A stretch of DNA of 64,000 nucleotides. Source: an uncultured Anaerolineaceae bacterium. GTDB taxonomy: Bacteria > Chloroflexota > Anaerolineae > Anaerolineales > Villigracilaceae. The translations under genes and the position numbers were made by a program. Every line of letters begins with the position of its first letter. The first letter of the stretch is position 1. The notes beneath the pieces are model-generated. The model worked only from the letters and a program-made list of their open reading frames with translations. It made no database searches and was not told the DNA's origin. The stretch is from the NCBI GenBank assembly GCA_964524485.1, contig CAZGFR010000004.1, positions 3,036 through 67,035 of the forward strand, read 5' to 3'. Shown here one piece after another: positions 1 through 8,426 of this stretch.

Positions 1-946
1 CGCCGAGCAGGTCAACGGCTGTCGCGCGGATCAGGTCCGCGGCGCTGGCGTGGTTAACGAGCGGCGGGCATCCGAAGACGAACTTCAACAGGTAGTCGCC
101 GCCCAGGGCGCGGGTCAGCTCGAAGGCGCGGCGCATCTCCGCTTCGATCTTCAGGCGCGAGGCCTCGCTCGTGAAGCGCAGCGTGCCGCTCAACTCCACC
201 TTCTCAGGAATGACGTTTTCGGTGAACCCGCCGTGGATCTGCCCGATGCTGACCACGGCTGGGTCGAACGGATCGATGCGGCGCGAGACCACGCCGTTTA
301 GCCCGACGATGACTTGACTCAGCAGGAAGAACGGGTCGACCGTTTCGTCGGGATAAGCGCCATGCCCGCCGACCCCGAAGAGGGTCCCGTACCAGGTGGT
401 GACTCCGCCGCCCGCCACGCCCGCGTTGATGCCGATCTGCCCGACGGGCGTGTGCGGGTCCACGTGCTGCGCGATGACCAGGTCCACGCCTTCGAGCGCT
501 CCATCCTGCACCATGCGCGGCGCACCGCTGATGCCTTCCTCATCCTCGGTCTCCTCCGACGGCTGAAACAGGAATCGCACGCGGCCAGGGAATTTTTCCT
601 TTGCAAGCAGCGCCGCTGCGCCCAACGCCATGCTGGTGTGGGAATCGTGGCCGCAGGCGTGCATCACGCCTGAGTTCTGCGAGGCATATTCACGGTCCTG
701 TGATTCCAGAATGGGCAGCGCATCCATATCCGCGCGGATGGCGATGGTACGGCCGTTCCCGTCGCCGATGTCAGCGACTACGCCCGTGCGTCCCACCCCG
801 CGGCGGACTCGGTAGCCGAGCTTCTCCAACTCCTGCGCCACGATCTCAGCCGTGCGCGTTACGTGAAAGCCCAACTCGGGGTGCATGTGAAAGTCACGCC
901 GCCAGTGGACGAGGTCTTCGAAAAGGGCATGAGCGGGTTTGAGCAT
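1..946 (-). CDS. M20-family amidohydrolase (N-acyl-L-amino acid amidohydrolase / hippurate hydrolase-like); C-terminus runs off the window edge
   Basis: Not in the ORF track because no stop lies in the window. My reverse translation from ATG (946-944) reads MLKPAHALFEDLVHWRRDFHMHPELGFHVTRTAEIVAQELEKLGYRV..IAIRADMDALPI..GVMHACGHDSHTSMALGAA..RFLFQPSEE. These are the metal-ligand motifs of the M20D family. Confidence 0.8.
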   Translation of the reverse strand, partial: MLKPAHALFEDLVHWRRDFHMHPELGFHVTRTAEIVAQELEKLGYRVRRGVGRTGVVADIGDGNGRTIAIRADMDALPILESQDREYASQNSGVMHACGHDSHTSMALGAAALLAKEKFPGRVRFLFQPSEETEDEEGISGAPRMVQDGALEGVDLVIAQHVDPHTPVGQIGINAGVAGGGVTTWYGTLFGVGGHGAYPDETVDPFFLLSQVIVGLNGVVSRRIDPFDPAVVSIGQIHGGFTENVIPEKVELSGTLRFTSEASRLKIEAEMRRAFELTRALGGDYLLKFVFGCPPLVNHASAADLIRATAVDLLG

Positions 947-951
947 GTCCA

Positions 952-2217
952 TCACCTGCGAATCGTCGCTTCTCGTTCAGGCCCGACGCCGATCCACTTG
1001 ACGGGTACGCCCGTCGCGGATTCGATCATCTGCACGTAGTCGCGCGCGCGCTGGGGCAGGTTCTCGAAGGAGCGCGCTGCGCGGATGTCTTCGTTCCAGC
1101 CTTTGACCGTTTGATATTGCAGGTCGACCTTGTCCAGGCTGTAGGCATCTAATTCGGCATAGCTGACGGGTTGACCGTTCAGCTTATAGCCCGTGCAGAC
1201 CTGAATCTCTTCGAGCCCGCTCAGCACGTCGAGCTTGGTCAGGCACAGTTCGGTGATGCCGCTCAGGGCCACGGCCGTCTTGACGATCTCCAGGTCCAGC
1301 CAGCCGACGCGGCGCGTGCGGCCTGTCGTGGCGGCGGTTTCGCCGAATTTCTGGTAGACCTGTGAGGCTGTGTCGTGGATCTCCGTCGGCAGCGGGCCGC
1401 CGCCCACGCGCGTGGTGTAGGCCTTGGTCACGCCGACGACGCGGGTGAGATAACGCGGCGGGATGCCGAGTCCAGCCGAGGCGGCGGAGGGGATGGTGGT
1501 CGAGGCGGTGACGAAGGGGTAGGTGCCCCAGTCGGTGTCGAGGAAGGTGCCCATCGCCTGTTCGAGCAGGAAGTGCTTGTCCGCTTTGAGGCCGTCCTGT
1601 ACCAGCGGGAAGAGTTCGCGCAGATAGGGTTTCATGCGTGCATAGTAACCGCGATACGCAGCGCGGACCTCGTCAAAGCTGAGCGCTTCACCGCCGAGCG
1701 CGATGATAATCTTGTTCTTCAATTCGAGTTGCACCTTGAGGCGCGATTCGAACATGTCGCTGGCAAAGTCCGTCCAGCGGATGCCGTTGTAGCTGACCTT
1801 GTCTGCAAAGACGGGGCCGATCCCGCGGCGTGTGGTGCCCGTTGCGCCCGCGCCTTTGGCCTCTTCGTACAGTCCATCCAGAATTTTGTGATACGGCATG
1901 ATCAGGTGTGAACGCGGCGAGACCCAGAAACGGCCATCCAGGCCGACGCCCGCCTGGTTGAGCGACTCGATCTCGTCGAGCAGCACTGCGGGATCGATGA
2001 CCACGCCGCCGCCGATCAGGCCTGTTGTCTTCTGTGCGAAGATGCCCGAGGGCACGAGGTGGATTTTGAACGTGCCGAACTCGTTGATGACCGTGTGGCC
2101 TGCGTTGTTCCCGCCATTGAAGCGCGCCACGTAGTCGGCGCTCTCGGCCAGAAAATCGACGACCTTGCCTTTGCCTTCGTCTCCCCATTGCGAACCGATC
2201 ACTGCGGTAACAGACAT
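952..2217 (-). CDS. purA: Adenylosuccinate synthetase
   Basis: From internal ATG 2217 the protein reads MSVTAVIGSQWGDEGKGKVVDFLAE..FNGGNNAGHTV (P-loop GDEGKGK and GHTV). An AGGAG SD lies 5 nt upstream of 2217. The 21-codon extension to 2280 in the ORF track is unsupported. Confidence 0.95.
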   Translation of the reverse strand: MSVTAVIGSQWGDEGKGKVVDFLAESADYVARFNGGNNAGHTVINEFGTFKIHLVPSGIFAQKTTGLIGGGVVIDPAVLLDEIESLNQAGVGLDGRFWVSPRSHLIMPYHKILDGLYEEAKGAGATGTTRRGIGPVFADKVSYNGIRWTDFASDMFESRLKVQLELKNKIIIALGGEALSFDEVRAAYRGYYARMKPYLRELFPLVQDGLKADKHFLLEQAMGTFLDTDWGTYPFVTASTTIPSAASAGLGIPPRYLTRVVGVTKAYTTRVGGGPLPTEIHDTASQVYQKFGETAATTGRTRRVGWLDLEIVKTAVALSGITELCLTKLDVLSGLEEIQVCTGYKLNGQPVSYAELDAYSLDKVDLQYQTVKGWNEDIRAARSFENLPQRARDYVQMIESATGVPVKWIGVGPEREATIRR

Positions 2218-2263
2218 TGTTTCTCCTGATTTTGCCCTGCGCGGAGTCGAAGGGCGGTGAATG

Positions 2264-2293
2264 ATGAAAAGTCTAGTCAACCCGCATTATAAT
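2264..2293 (+). promoter_or_regulatory. Candidate sigma70 promoter for guaB (ATGAAA -18- TATAAT)
   Basis: A perfect TATAAT lies at 2288-2293, 31 nt upstream of the guaB ATG. The -35 element is weak (ATGAAA, 2264-2269). Confidence 0.35.
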
Positions 2294-2323
2294 TCGGGCG
2301 TTTGATTCCATGAGGAGAGAGCC

Positions 2324-3763
2324 ATGAAAATCCTGCCTGATACCGCCTTGACGTATGACGACGTACTGCTCGTGCCGCAATATTCGGAAGCCGATTCGCG
2401 GCGTATCTTATCGACCCGTACGCAGTTGACCAAAAAGATCACCCTGCAAATCCCCATCGTCTCTGCCAACATGGACGTGGTGACTGAGAGCGAGATGGCC
2501 ATCACCATGGCTCGCGAGGGCGGCATCGGCATCATCCATCGCTTCCTGTCCATCGACGAGCAGGCGCGCCAGATCCAGCGGGTGAAGAAGGCCGAGTCCT
2601 TCATCGTGGACGACCCGATCACCATGCCCGAGACCAGTACCGTGGGCGAGGTGCAGCGCGTGGTGCAGGAGACCGGCTCGGGTGGAATCCTGATCCTGAA
2701 CGCGCGGAAGCAGTTGGTTGGCATTGTTACCACGCGAGACCTGCTCTTCGAAGACGACGCCGCCAAACCCGTCACCGCCATCATGCAGCGCAAGGTCATC
2801 ACTGCGCCGCGCGATACAACCTTGAAGCAGGCTGAGGGATTACTGCACGATCACCGCATCGAGAAATTGCCGCTGGTGGACGAGGGCGGTCAGGTCACGG
2901 GGCTGGTCACCTTGAAGGACATCATGAAGATCACGCAGTTTCCCAAGGCCACCAAGGACTCGCGCGGACGGCTGGCCGTCGGCGCGGCGGTGGGGGTGCG
3001 TGAAAAGGAGATGCGCCGCGTGGAAGCCATGCTCGAAGCGGGCGCGGACTGCATCGTGGTTGACATCGCCCACGGCGACTCACATCTGGAGATCGAGATG
3101 ATCAAACGCATCCGCCGCGCCTTCCCCGAGGCGCAGATCATCGGCGGGAACGTCGCCACGGCGGACGGGACCAGGCGCCTGATCGACGCGGGGGCGGACG
3201 CCGTCAAGGTGGGCGTGGGACCTGGCTCGATCTGCATCACGCGCATCGTGGCGGGATCAGGCATCCCGCAGTTGACAGCGGTCATCGCATGCGTGGAGGC
3301 AGCCCGCCCGTACGGGATTCCCATCATTGCGGACGGCGGCATCCGTCAGCCGGGTGACCTGGCCAAGGCCATGGCGGCAGGCGCGTCCACAGCCATGATC
3401 GGCAGCCTCTTGGCGGGCACCGACGAAAGCCCGGGCTTGATCCTGACCCGCCGCGGACATCGCTATAAAGCCTCGCGCGGCATGGCTTCGCGCGGCGCCG
3501 CCATCGACCGCAACCACCGCGAAGGCAGCGACCTGACGCAGGAGGAGATCGAAGAGTACGTGGCCGAGGGCGTCGAAGCGGCCGTGCCGTATCGCGGCAA
3601 GGCGCGTGAGGTGCTGACCCAGTTGGTCGGCGGACTGCAATCGGGCATGAGCTATAGCGGCGCGTCCACGCTGGAGGAGTTCACGCAGAAGGCCATCTTC
3701 GTGCGCATGACCGGCGCGGGCCTGCGCGAGTCGGGTCCGCATGACGTGGAGTTGTTGACATAA
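2324..3763 (+). CDS. guaB: Inosine-5'-monophosphate dehydrogenase with CBS pair
   Basis: The protein reads [42 protein letters not shown]. It has the catalytic loop [20 protein letters not shown] and the [11 protein letters not shown] motif. A GAGGAG SD lies upstream. Confidence 0.95.
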   Translation: MKILPDTALTYDDVLLVPQYSEADSRRILSTRTQLTKKITLQIPIVSANMDVVTESEMAITMAREGGIGIIHRFLSIDEQARQIQRVKKAESFIVDDPITMPETSTVGEVQRVVQETGSGGILILNARKQLVGIVTTRDLLFEDDAAKPVTAIMQRKVITAPRDTTLKQAEGLLHDHRIEKLPLVDEGGQVTGLVTLKDIMKITQFPKATKDSRGRLAVGAAVGVREKEMRRVEAMLEAGADCIVVDIAHGDSHLEIEMIKRIRRAFPEAQIIGGNVATADGTRRLIDAGADAVKVGVGPGSICITRIVAGSGIPQLTAVIACVEAARPYGIPIIADGGIRQPGDLAKAMAAGASTAMIGSLLAGTDESPGLILTRRGHRYKASRGMASRGAAIDRNHREGSDLTQEEIEEYVAEGVEAAVPYRGKAREVLTQLVGGLQSGMSYSGASTLEEFTQKAIFVRMTGAGLRESGPHDVELLT

Positions 3764-3775
3764 GTTCGCCATGTC

Positions 3776-3802
3776 ATTGCGAGGGCGTTAGCCCGAAGCA
3801 AT
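3776..3802 (+). other. Intergenic stem-loop (attgc-ga-gggc-gtta-gccc-gaa-gcaat)
   Basis: Read directly: outer stem attgc/gcaat, inner stem gggc/gccc, loop gtta. It sits 13 nt after the guaB stop and upstream of the real terminator. Confidence 0.4.
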
Positions 3803-3825
3803 CTCAAGGTGACAGGAAAATAAAA

Positions 3826-3855
3826 CTGGCCTGGATGATCTCCAGGCCAGTTTTT
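3826..3855. terminator. Bidirectional rho-independent terminator between convergent guaB and the plsC-like gene
   Basis: The stem is 10 bp (ctggcctgga, 3826-3835 / tccaggccag, 3841-3850) with loop tgatc. A T-run (3851-3855) follows and an A-run (aaaa) precedes it. Confidence 0.65.
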
Positions 3856-3898
3856 ATGTACCGCAAAGCACGCTAAGGCCGCGAAGATTCTTTATGAC

Positions 3899-3929
3899 CC
3901 TTTGTGTTCTTTGTGCCCTTTGTGGTTAA
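3899..3929 (-). repeat. 31-nt intergenic repeat with 9-nt periodicity, copy 1 (reverse complement ttaaccacaaagggcacaaagaacacaaagg)
   Basis: It matches 58968-58998 at 29 of 31 positions in inverted orientation. It is built of three cacRaagg-type 9-mers. Confidence 0.6.
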
Positions 3930-3932
3930 TGG

Positions 3933-4610
3933 CTAATTGCCAGTCGCGTGCTGCGCCAGCAACTCCTTCAAGCGCGGATGTCCCGCGTACACGCCGTGAT
4001 ACTTCTCGGGGATGAGCGCCGCGATGCGACACATGATCTCATCGGTGTAGCCCTTGAGGGCCGCGTCGCGATCCTTGCGCGGAAGTTCGGGCAGCGTGAA
4101 GGCGGGTCCCGCCTTCACGACGATGTGCGAGCGCTTCAATCGCTTGAGGTTCGACAGGATGACCTTGTCCTCGGTGCCCGCCAGCCCGACCGGCACGATG
4201 GGACGGTTCAGCTTGGACGCCAGGTAACTGACCCCGGGCCTGCCTTCGATCATCGAGCCGACTCGCGAACGCGTCCCTTCGGGCGCGATGACCAGGATGT
4301 TGCCCGCCTCCATCAGGCCGATGATTTTTCGCATGGCCTTCAGGTCGGGCTCGAAGCGGTTGATGAAGATCAGGTTGAAGTACTTCGCCAGGAAGCGGAA
4401 CAGCCAGATCTTCTCCCACTTTTCGGCCACGGGGATGAACACATCCCAGCGGTCGATGGCCAGGTACAGCATGGCCGAGTCGAGGATGCCGAGATGGTTG
4501 GTGGCGATGACGTACGCCCCCGTGGCGGGCAGGTTCTCGTAGCCCGAGATGTCCACGCGGGCAATGAGACGGACGACAGAGCGGATGATCCAACGCAGAA
4601 AAGTTCGCAT
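3933..4610 (-). CDS. 1-acyl-sn-glycerol-3-phosphate acyltransferase family (PlsC-like)
   Basis: It has the HxxxxD acyltransferase motif (ATNHLGILDS) and the APEGTRS motif, with an N-terminal TM segment. The start is taken at internal ATG 4610 (MRTFLRWIIRS). Confidence 0.8.
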   Translation of the reverse strand: MRTFLRWIIRSVVRLIARVDISGYENLPATGAYVIATNHLGILDSAMLYLAIDRWDVFIPVAEKWEKIWLFRFLAKYFNLIFINRFEPDLKAMRKIIGLMEAGNILVIAPEGTRSRVGSMIEGRPGVSYLASKLNRPIVPVGLAGTEDKVILSNLKRLKRSHIVVKAGPAFTLPELPRKDRDAALKGYTDEIMCRIAALIPEKYHGVYAGHPRLKELLAQHATGN

Positions 4611-4657
4611 GGGCCCAATCGTAAATCGTCCCTTGCAAATCGTCAACCGAAATACTC

Positions 4658-4687
4658 TTGCCTTTGCCTTGCGAAGCACGATATAAT
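4658..4687 (+). promoter_or_regulatory. Candidate sigma70 promoter for the ferredoxin gene (TTGCCT -18- TATAAT)
   Basis: TTGCCT lies at 4658-4663 and TATAAT at 4682-4687. An AAGGAGG SD follows at 4712-4718 and the ATG is at 4726. Confidence 0.5.
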
Positions 4688-4725
4688 GCCTTCATCTCGC
4701 TTTCCAATTCCCAAGGAGGTTCCGC

Positions 4726-5139
4726 ATGACCCACATCATTACCAGTTTGTGCGTTCGTGATCGCGGCTGCATCGAAGTCTGTCCGGTGGAGTGCATCATC
4801 CCTGGCCAGCCCGTGGCTGAATGGCCGTGGATGTACATCGACCCCGACACCTGCATCGACTGCGGCGCCTGCGTGCCCGAGTGCCCGTATGCCGCCATCT
4901 TCCCCGAAGACGAGGTCCCCTCGGCCTACACCGCCAAGGGCGGCGAATTCATCAGCAAGATCGGCCTCACAGGCCACTACGAAGGCACCAATCACCACGG
5001 CAAGCAGGTGGTGCTCGAGACCACCCAGCAGCTCGCCGCCGGCGAGGTCGTGGACCTGACCCTCGACATCAAGCCCAACTACGAGTTCTTCAAGAGCGGC
5101 CCGGGCTACGGCGCCAAGGACCAGGACACGGGTTCCTGA
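4726..5139 (+). CDS. 7Fe-type (3Fe-4S + 4Fe-4S) ferredoxin with ~75-aa C-terminal extension
   Basis: The Cys pattern SLCVRDRGCIEVCPVECI...DPDTCIDCGACVPECPYAAIF resembles FdxA-type ferredoxins. A strong SD is present. Confidence 0.85.
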   Translation: MTHIITSLCVRDRGCIEVCPVECIIPGQPVAEWPWMYIDPDTCIDCGACVPECPYAAIFPEDEVPSAYTAKGGEFISKIGLTGHYEGTNHHGKQVVLETTQQLAAGEVVDLTLDIKPNYEFFKSGPGYGAKDQDTGS

Positions 5140-5156
5140 TCGGTTCAGTACTTAAA

Positions 5157-5183
5157 GGCCAGGCGATTGCCTGGCCTTTTTTT
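5157..5183 (+). terminator. Rho-independent terminator after the ferredoxin gene
   Basis: Stem ggccaggc (5157-5164) / gcctggcc (5169-5176), loop gatt, then T7 (5177-5183). Confidence 0.7.
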
Positions 5184-5235
5184 GTCGGATTGTGCGAAAA
5201 TGATGGGGAAGATTCCACGCCAAAGGAGTTGACCG

Positions 5236-5949
5236 ATGTCCCGCCCTCGCTTGATCCAATTTGCCCTGGCCTTTTTGCTTTTGATCACCGCCTGCAACCT
5301 GCCGACGGCTGCCGCGCCCACCCTGCTTCCGACCCAGGCGGCGACAGCACTCCCCGTCAGCCCGACCGCCCCCAGCCTGCCGACTCCGCTCCCGCCGACC
5401 GAGAGTCTGCCTCCCGCCCCGACCCCCAGCCTGGCCCCGTCCTGGACGGCCACCCTGCCGCCCACGGCCGCGCCCGTCACCGTCAGCGCCACGGGCAACC
5501 TCAACGTCCGCCGCGGACCTGGGGTGGGTTACAACCCTGTCGGCGGCCTGCTCAAAGGCGAGACGGCCACCGCCACCGCCCGCGATGCCAACGGCGAATG
5601 GCTCTATATCAGCCTGGCCTCGTCCAAGCCGGGCTGGGTCTCGATCCTCACCAAGTTTTCCACCGTCAGCGGTGACGTGCAATCCCTGCCCGTGATGAAC
5701 GTGGACCCGCCCAAGCCCGCCTACTTCCGCAACTGCACCTTCCACCCCATGCTGGTCAAGCCCGCGGGGATCACCGTCCCGCCGCAGAACGAGTCGCCGC
5801 AAAACAAGGTCCAATTCAACCCGGGCGATTACGAGGTCAAGGACACCAGCGTGGCGGGCGAGCCGACCGTCATGGAGGCCACCCTGTTCGAAGGCCAGAC
5901 CATCGACATCCGCACCGACGGCATCCCCAATACGTACTCGTGCCCATAG
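5236..5949 (+). CDS. Secreted lipoprotein with bacterial SH3 domain
   Basis: A signal peptide with lipobox (LLLITAC) is followed by a Pro/Thr/Ala linker. An SH3b-like segment follows (ATGNLNVRRGPGVGYNPVGGLLKGETATATARDANGEWLYISL). Confidence 0.6.
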   Translation: MSRPRLIQFALAFLLLITACNLPTAAAPTLLPTQAATALPVSPTAPSLPTPLPPTESLPPAPTPSLAPSWTATLPPTAAPVTVSATGNLNVRRGPGVGYNPVGGLLKGETATATARDANGEWLYISLASSKPGWVSILTKFSTVSGDVQSLPVMNVDPPKPAYFRNCTFHPMLVKPAGITVPPQNESPQNKVQFNPGDYEVKDTSVAGEPTVMEATLFEGQTIDIRTDGIPNTYSCP

Positions 5950-5972
5950 CCTTGTAAGCAGGCAACAAAAAA

Positions 5973-5997
5973 ACGGACGGCGATTGCCGTCCGTTTT
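5973..5997. terminator. Bidirectional terminator between the SH3 lipoprotein gene and the convergent SEDS-PBP gene
   Basis: Stem acggacggc (5973-5981) / gccgtccgt (5986-5994), loop gatt. It is flanked by an A7 run upstream and ttt downstream. Confidence 0.6.
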
Positions 5998-6009
5998 GCT
6001 TAGGTATCG

Positions 6010-8421
6010 CTACGGCGTCATGGCCGCATTGAGCAATTCCCGTCCCACCAGGCGCGCCAACGCGGGATCATCCTCCTCCAGCGCGATGACCACCGCCAGC
6101 GGCGTGCCCTGCCAGTTGGGCTGGGTCCCGCCGAGATACCAGGTGATGGTCACATCCTCCTGCCGCGCCTGCCCGACGAATTCCCAAAAGGCATCGCCCT
6201 GCACGAGGAAGGCTTCCGCCGCCTGGTCCGCCGCCGAAGCGGGGATGGCGGTAACGGGCTCGCTCATGGGCGGGAGGATCACCCAGCCCTGCTGGGGCGT
6301 GTCCACGGCCAGGGCGATGCGCGGGGCGGGCCGCGTGCCGTGGTTCGACAGGGCCGAGGCTGCGATGGCCATCTGCAACGGGCTGACGCGCAGCGGGCTG
6401 GTCCCGTTTTGGGGCGAGGCGACCGCCACTGCCAGGCGGATCTGCGGCGTGGAGAAGAAACCCAGCCCCTTGAACAACGCCGACGATTGCTCCGCGCTGG
6501 GCTGCTTCAGCGTGGACAGGAAGGGCGTCCCCGCCGTCCCCAGCGGATAAGTTCCCTGCGCCGCGCGGTTGACCAGCGGCGCGCCCTCATCCTTGAGCAG
6601 GTCGCCGCCTTCGGCCTCGATCAGGTTCGGGTCAAAGGTGGGATGTGAGGCCATCACCAGGATCTCGCCGCTTTGCGCATTCATCAACACCGCCGCGCCG
6701 CGATGCTCCCCGAGCGACTGGTCCGCTGTGCGCTGCAAGCGCATCTCCAGGCTCAGGCGCACGTCCAGCCCGGGCGGGGGCATGCCGTACAGCAATTGGT
6801 CCCACCAGACCAGGCTGGTGGGGTTGCCTTGCAGGCCGCGCAGATAATCGTCGAGGCTGGCTTCGAGGCCGGCCTGGCCGAAGGTGGGTTGCGTGTATCC
6901 AATCACGGGGCCGAGGTCGGGGTACAGGTATTGGCGGACGTACGAGCCGCTTTCCCCGGTGGTGATGTTGAGCGGTTCGTCGCGGCGGTCGATCAGGTCG
7001 CCGCGCGGCACGTAGCGGTCGGCAATGGCGCGGCGCGGATTGTCGGTGCGGGTCAGCAGGTCGGGACTGCGCACCACGGCCCACCAGGCGGCCGCCAACG
7101 CGGCAGCCAGCAGTCCCAGGCTGAGCAGGCTCGCCAGGAGCGTGTAGGGCCGCGCAGAGGGCAGGGGAGCGGGTTCGCGCTCGGGGTGCGCGCCGATGCG
7201 CAGGAGGAACAGCAATGCGAGGAAGGAGGTCAGCAGCGACGAGCCGCCGTACGAGACGAAGGGCAACGTCACGCCCGTCAGCGGCAGGAGCCGCAGGTTG
7301 CCGCCGATGATGAGCAGGCTCTGGATGCCGAGGTAGGCGGTCAGCCCCGCCGCCAGGAAACGGCGGAAGCGGTCGGAGGCGCGCAGGGAGGCGGTCATGC
7401 CGCGGGCCAGGATCAGACCAAGGAGGCCGAGCAGGCCCAGGGTCCCGACCAGACCTGTTTCTTCGCCGATGGCCGCAAAGATGAAGTCCGAGATGGCCAC
7501 GGGGACCAGGCCCGGGCTTCCCAGCCCCGGTCCGCGGCCGAGAGTCCCGCCATTGGCCACCGCCAGCAGGGATTGGATGATCTGGTAGGAACGTCCGCTG
7601 GGGTCGGCCCACGGGTCGAGCCAGGCGTTCACGCGCACTTGCACGATGGGGATGAAGAAATAGCCGACCAGCCCCGCCAGCGCCAGGCCGAGCGTGGTGG
7701 CAAGCAGCACGCGGCGATGGTCGGTGGCGAGGAAGAGGATGACGGTGTAAAGCAGGATAAAGATGGAGGCCGTGCCCAGGTCGCGTTGAACGAGCAGGAT
7801 GAGCAGCGACAAGCCTGTGACGAACAGGGTGGGCAGGATCAGCGGAAAGGCGCTCAGGCGGACGGGTGTGCGGTCGGCGAGGTAGGCGGCCAGGTAGATG
7901 ATGAGCAGCAACTTGAGTGGTTCGGATGGTTGCAGGTAGATGCCGCAGCATCCCAGCCACAAGCGCGGACCTGCGCCGCCCGGGTTGGTGCCGAAGATCA
8001 GGGTCAGGGCGGTCAGCAGCAGCCCGCCGCTGAGAAGGACATACTTGTAACGTCGCAGGAATTGCAGGTCTTGGGGCAGACGCAGGCCGAGCAGGAACAC
8101 CACCACGCTGAGCGCCAGCCAGATCAATTGGCGCAGGCCGAAGCCCGAGTCCAGCCGCCAGATGGTGAGCATGCCCCAGCCGCTCAGGAGCAGGGCGGCG
8201 GGCAGCAGGTAGGGATCGCGGTCGGGCAGGGCGCGGCGGGTGACGGTGTCTGCCGCGATGGCCAGGGCGGCCCAGGCCGCGAATCCCAGCCAGTGCGACC
8301 AGCGCAGGTCCGTGGCAAAGGTATGCTCGCGCACCGCGGGTGAGAGCGTGAGGATGACCGAGTACAGAAAAAGGAAAACCGCCGCCCAGCGGAGCAGACG
8401 GTTTTGGAGAACGTCAGGCAT
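6010..8421 (-). CDS. Fusion protein: SEDS (FtsW/RodA-type) peptidoglycan glycosyltransferase + C-terminal PBP transpeptidase-like domain with degenerate catalytic motifs
   Basis: The N-terminal ~410 aa carry SEDS motifs (QPSEPLKL, RDLGTAS, SDFIFAAIGEETG, LPLTGVTLPFVSYGGSS). The C-terminal ~335 aa align to class B PBPs (RGDLIDRRDEPL, GAAVLMNAQSGEILVMASHPTFDPN, SPLQMAIAASALSNHG). I cannot find SxxK, SxN or KTG. The start is taken at ATG 8421 (MPDVLQNRLL). Confidence 0.85.
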   Translation of the reverse strand: MPDVLQNRLLRWAAVFLFLYSVILTLSPAVREHTFATDLRWSHWLGFAAWAALAIAADTVTRRALPDRDPYLLPAALLLSGWGMLTIWRLDSGFGLRQLIWLALSVVVFLLGLRLPQDLQFLRRYKYVLLSGGLLLTALTLIFGTNPGGAGPRLWLGCCGIYLQPSEPLKLLLIIYLAAYLADRTPVRLSAFPLILPTLFVTGLSLLILLVQRDLGTASIFILLYTVILFLATDHRRVLLATTLGLALAGLVGYFFIPIVQVRVNAWLDPWADPSGRSYQIIQSLLAVANGGTLGRGPGLGSPGLVPVAISDFIFAAIGEETGLVGTLGLLGLLGLILARGMTASLRASDRFRRFLAAGLTAYLGIQSLLIIGGNLRLLPLTGVTLPFVSYGGSSLLTSFLALLFLLRIGAHPEREPAPLPSARPYTLLASLLSLGLLAAALAAAWWAVVRSPDLLTRTDNPRRAIADRYVPRGDLIDRRDEPLNITTGESGSYVRQYLYPDLGPVIGYTQPTFGQAGLEASLDDYLRGLQGNPTSLVWWDQLLYGMPPPGLDVRLSLEMRLQRTADQSLGEHRGAAVLMNAQSGEILVMASHPTFDPNLIEAEGGDLLKDEGAPLVNRAAQGTYPLGTAGTPFLSTLKQPSAEQSSALFKGLGFFSTPQIRLAVAVASPQNGTSPLRVSPLQMAIAASALSNHGTRPAPRIALAVDTPQQGWVILPPMSEPVTAIPASAADQAAEAFLVQGDAFWEFVGQARQEDVTITWYLGGTQPNWQGTPLAVVIALEEDDPALARLVGRELLNAAMTP

Positions 8422-8426
8422 GGAGG

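Noticed and set aside
2218-2280. N-terminal extensions in the ORF track (purA to 2280, plsC-like to 4679, SEDS-PBP to 8535, zinc-ribbon gene to 11571, IscA-like to 12447, hybrid kinase to 29204, islet gene to 55371)
   Set aside because: The extensions are Arg/Pro-rich or overlap neighbouring genes or promoters. Several begin with TTG or GTG. Internal ATGs coincide with the conserved protein N-termini and, where present, with SD sequences or promoters.
4039-4998. 319-aa minus-strand ORF spanning the plsC-like gene, its promoter region and the ferredoxin gene
   Set aside because: It crosses a divergent promoter region, overlaps two genes with clear motifs in other frames, and has no motif of its own.
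5145-5814. Minus-strand ORFs of 119 and 220 aa opposite the SH3 lipoprotein gene
   Set aside because: They are Gly/Arg/Ala-rich antisense frames overlapping a gene with signal peptide, lipobox and SH3b motif. One also runs through the ferredoxin terminator.
6673-8343. 556-aa plus-strand ORF antisense to the SEDS-PBP gene
   Set aside because: It lies entirely inside a strongly supported minus-strand gene. Its product is Q/G/A/R/E-rich low-complexity sequence with no motif. This is a typical shadow ORF in high-GC DNA.
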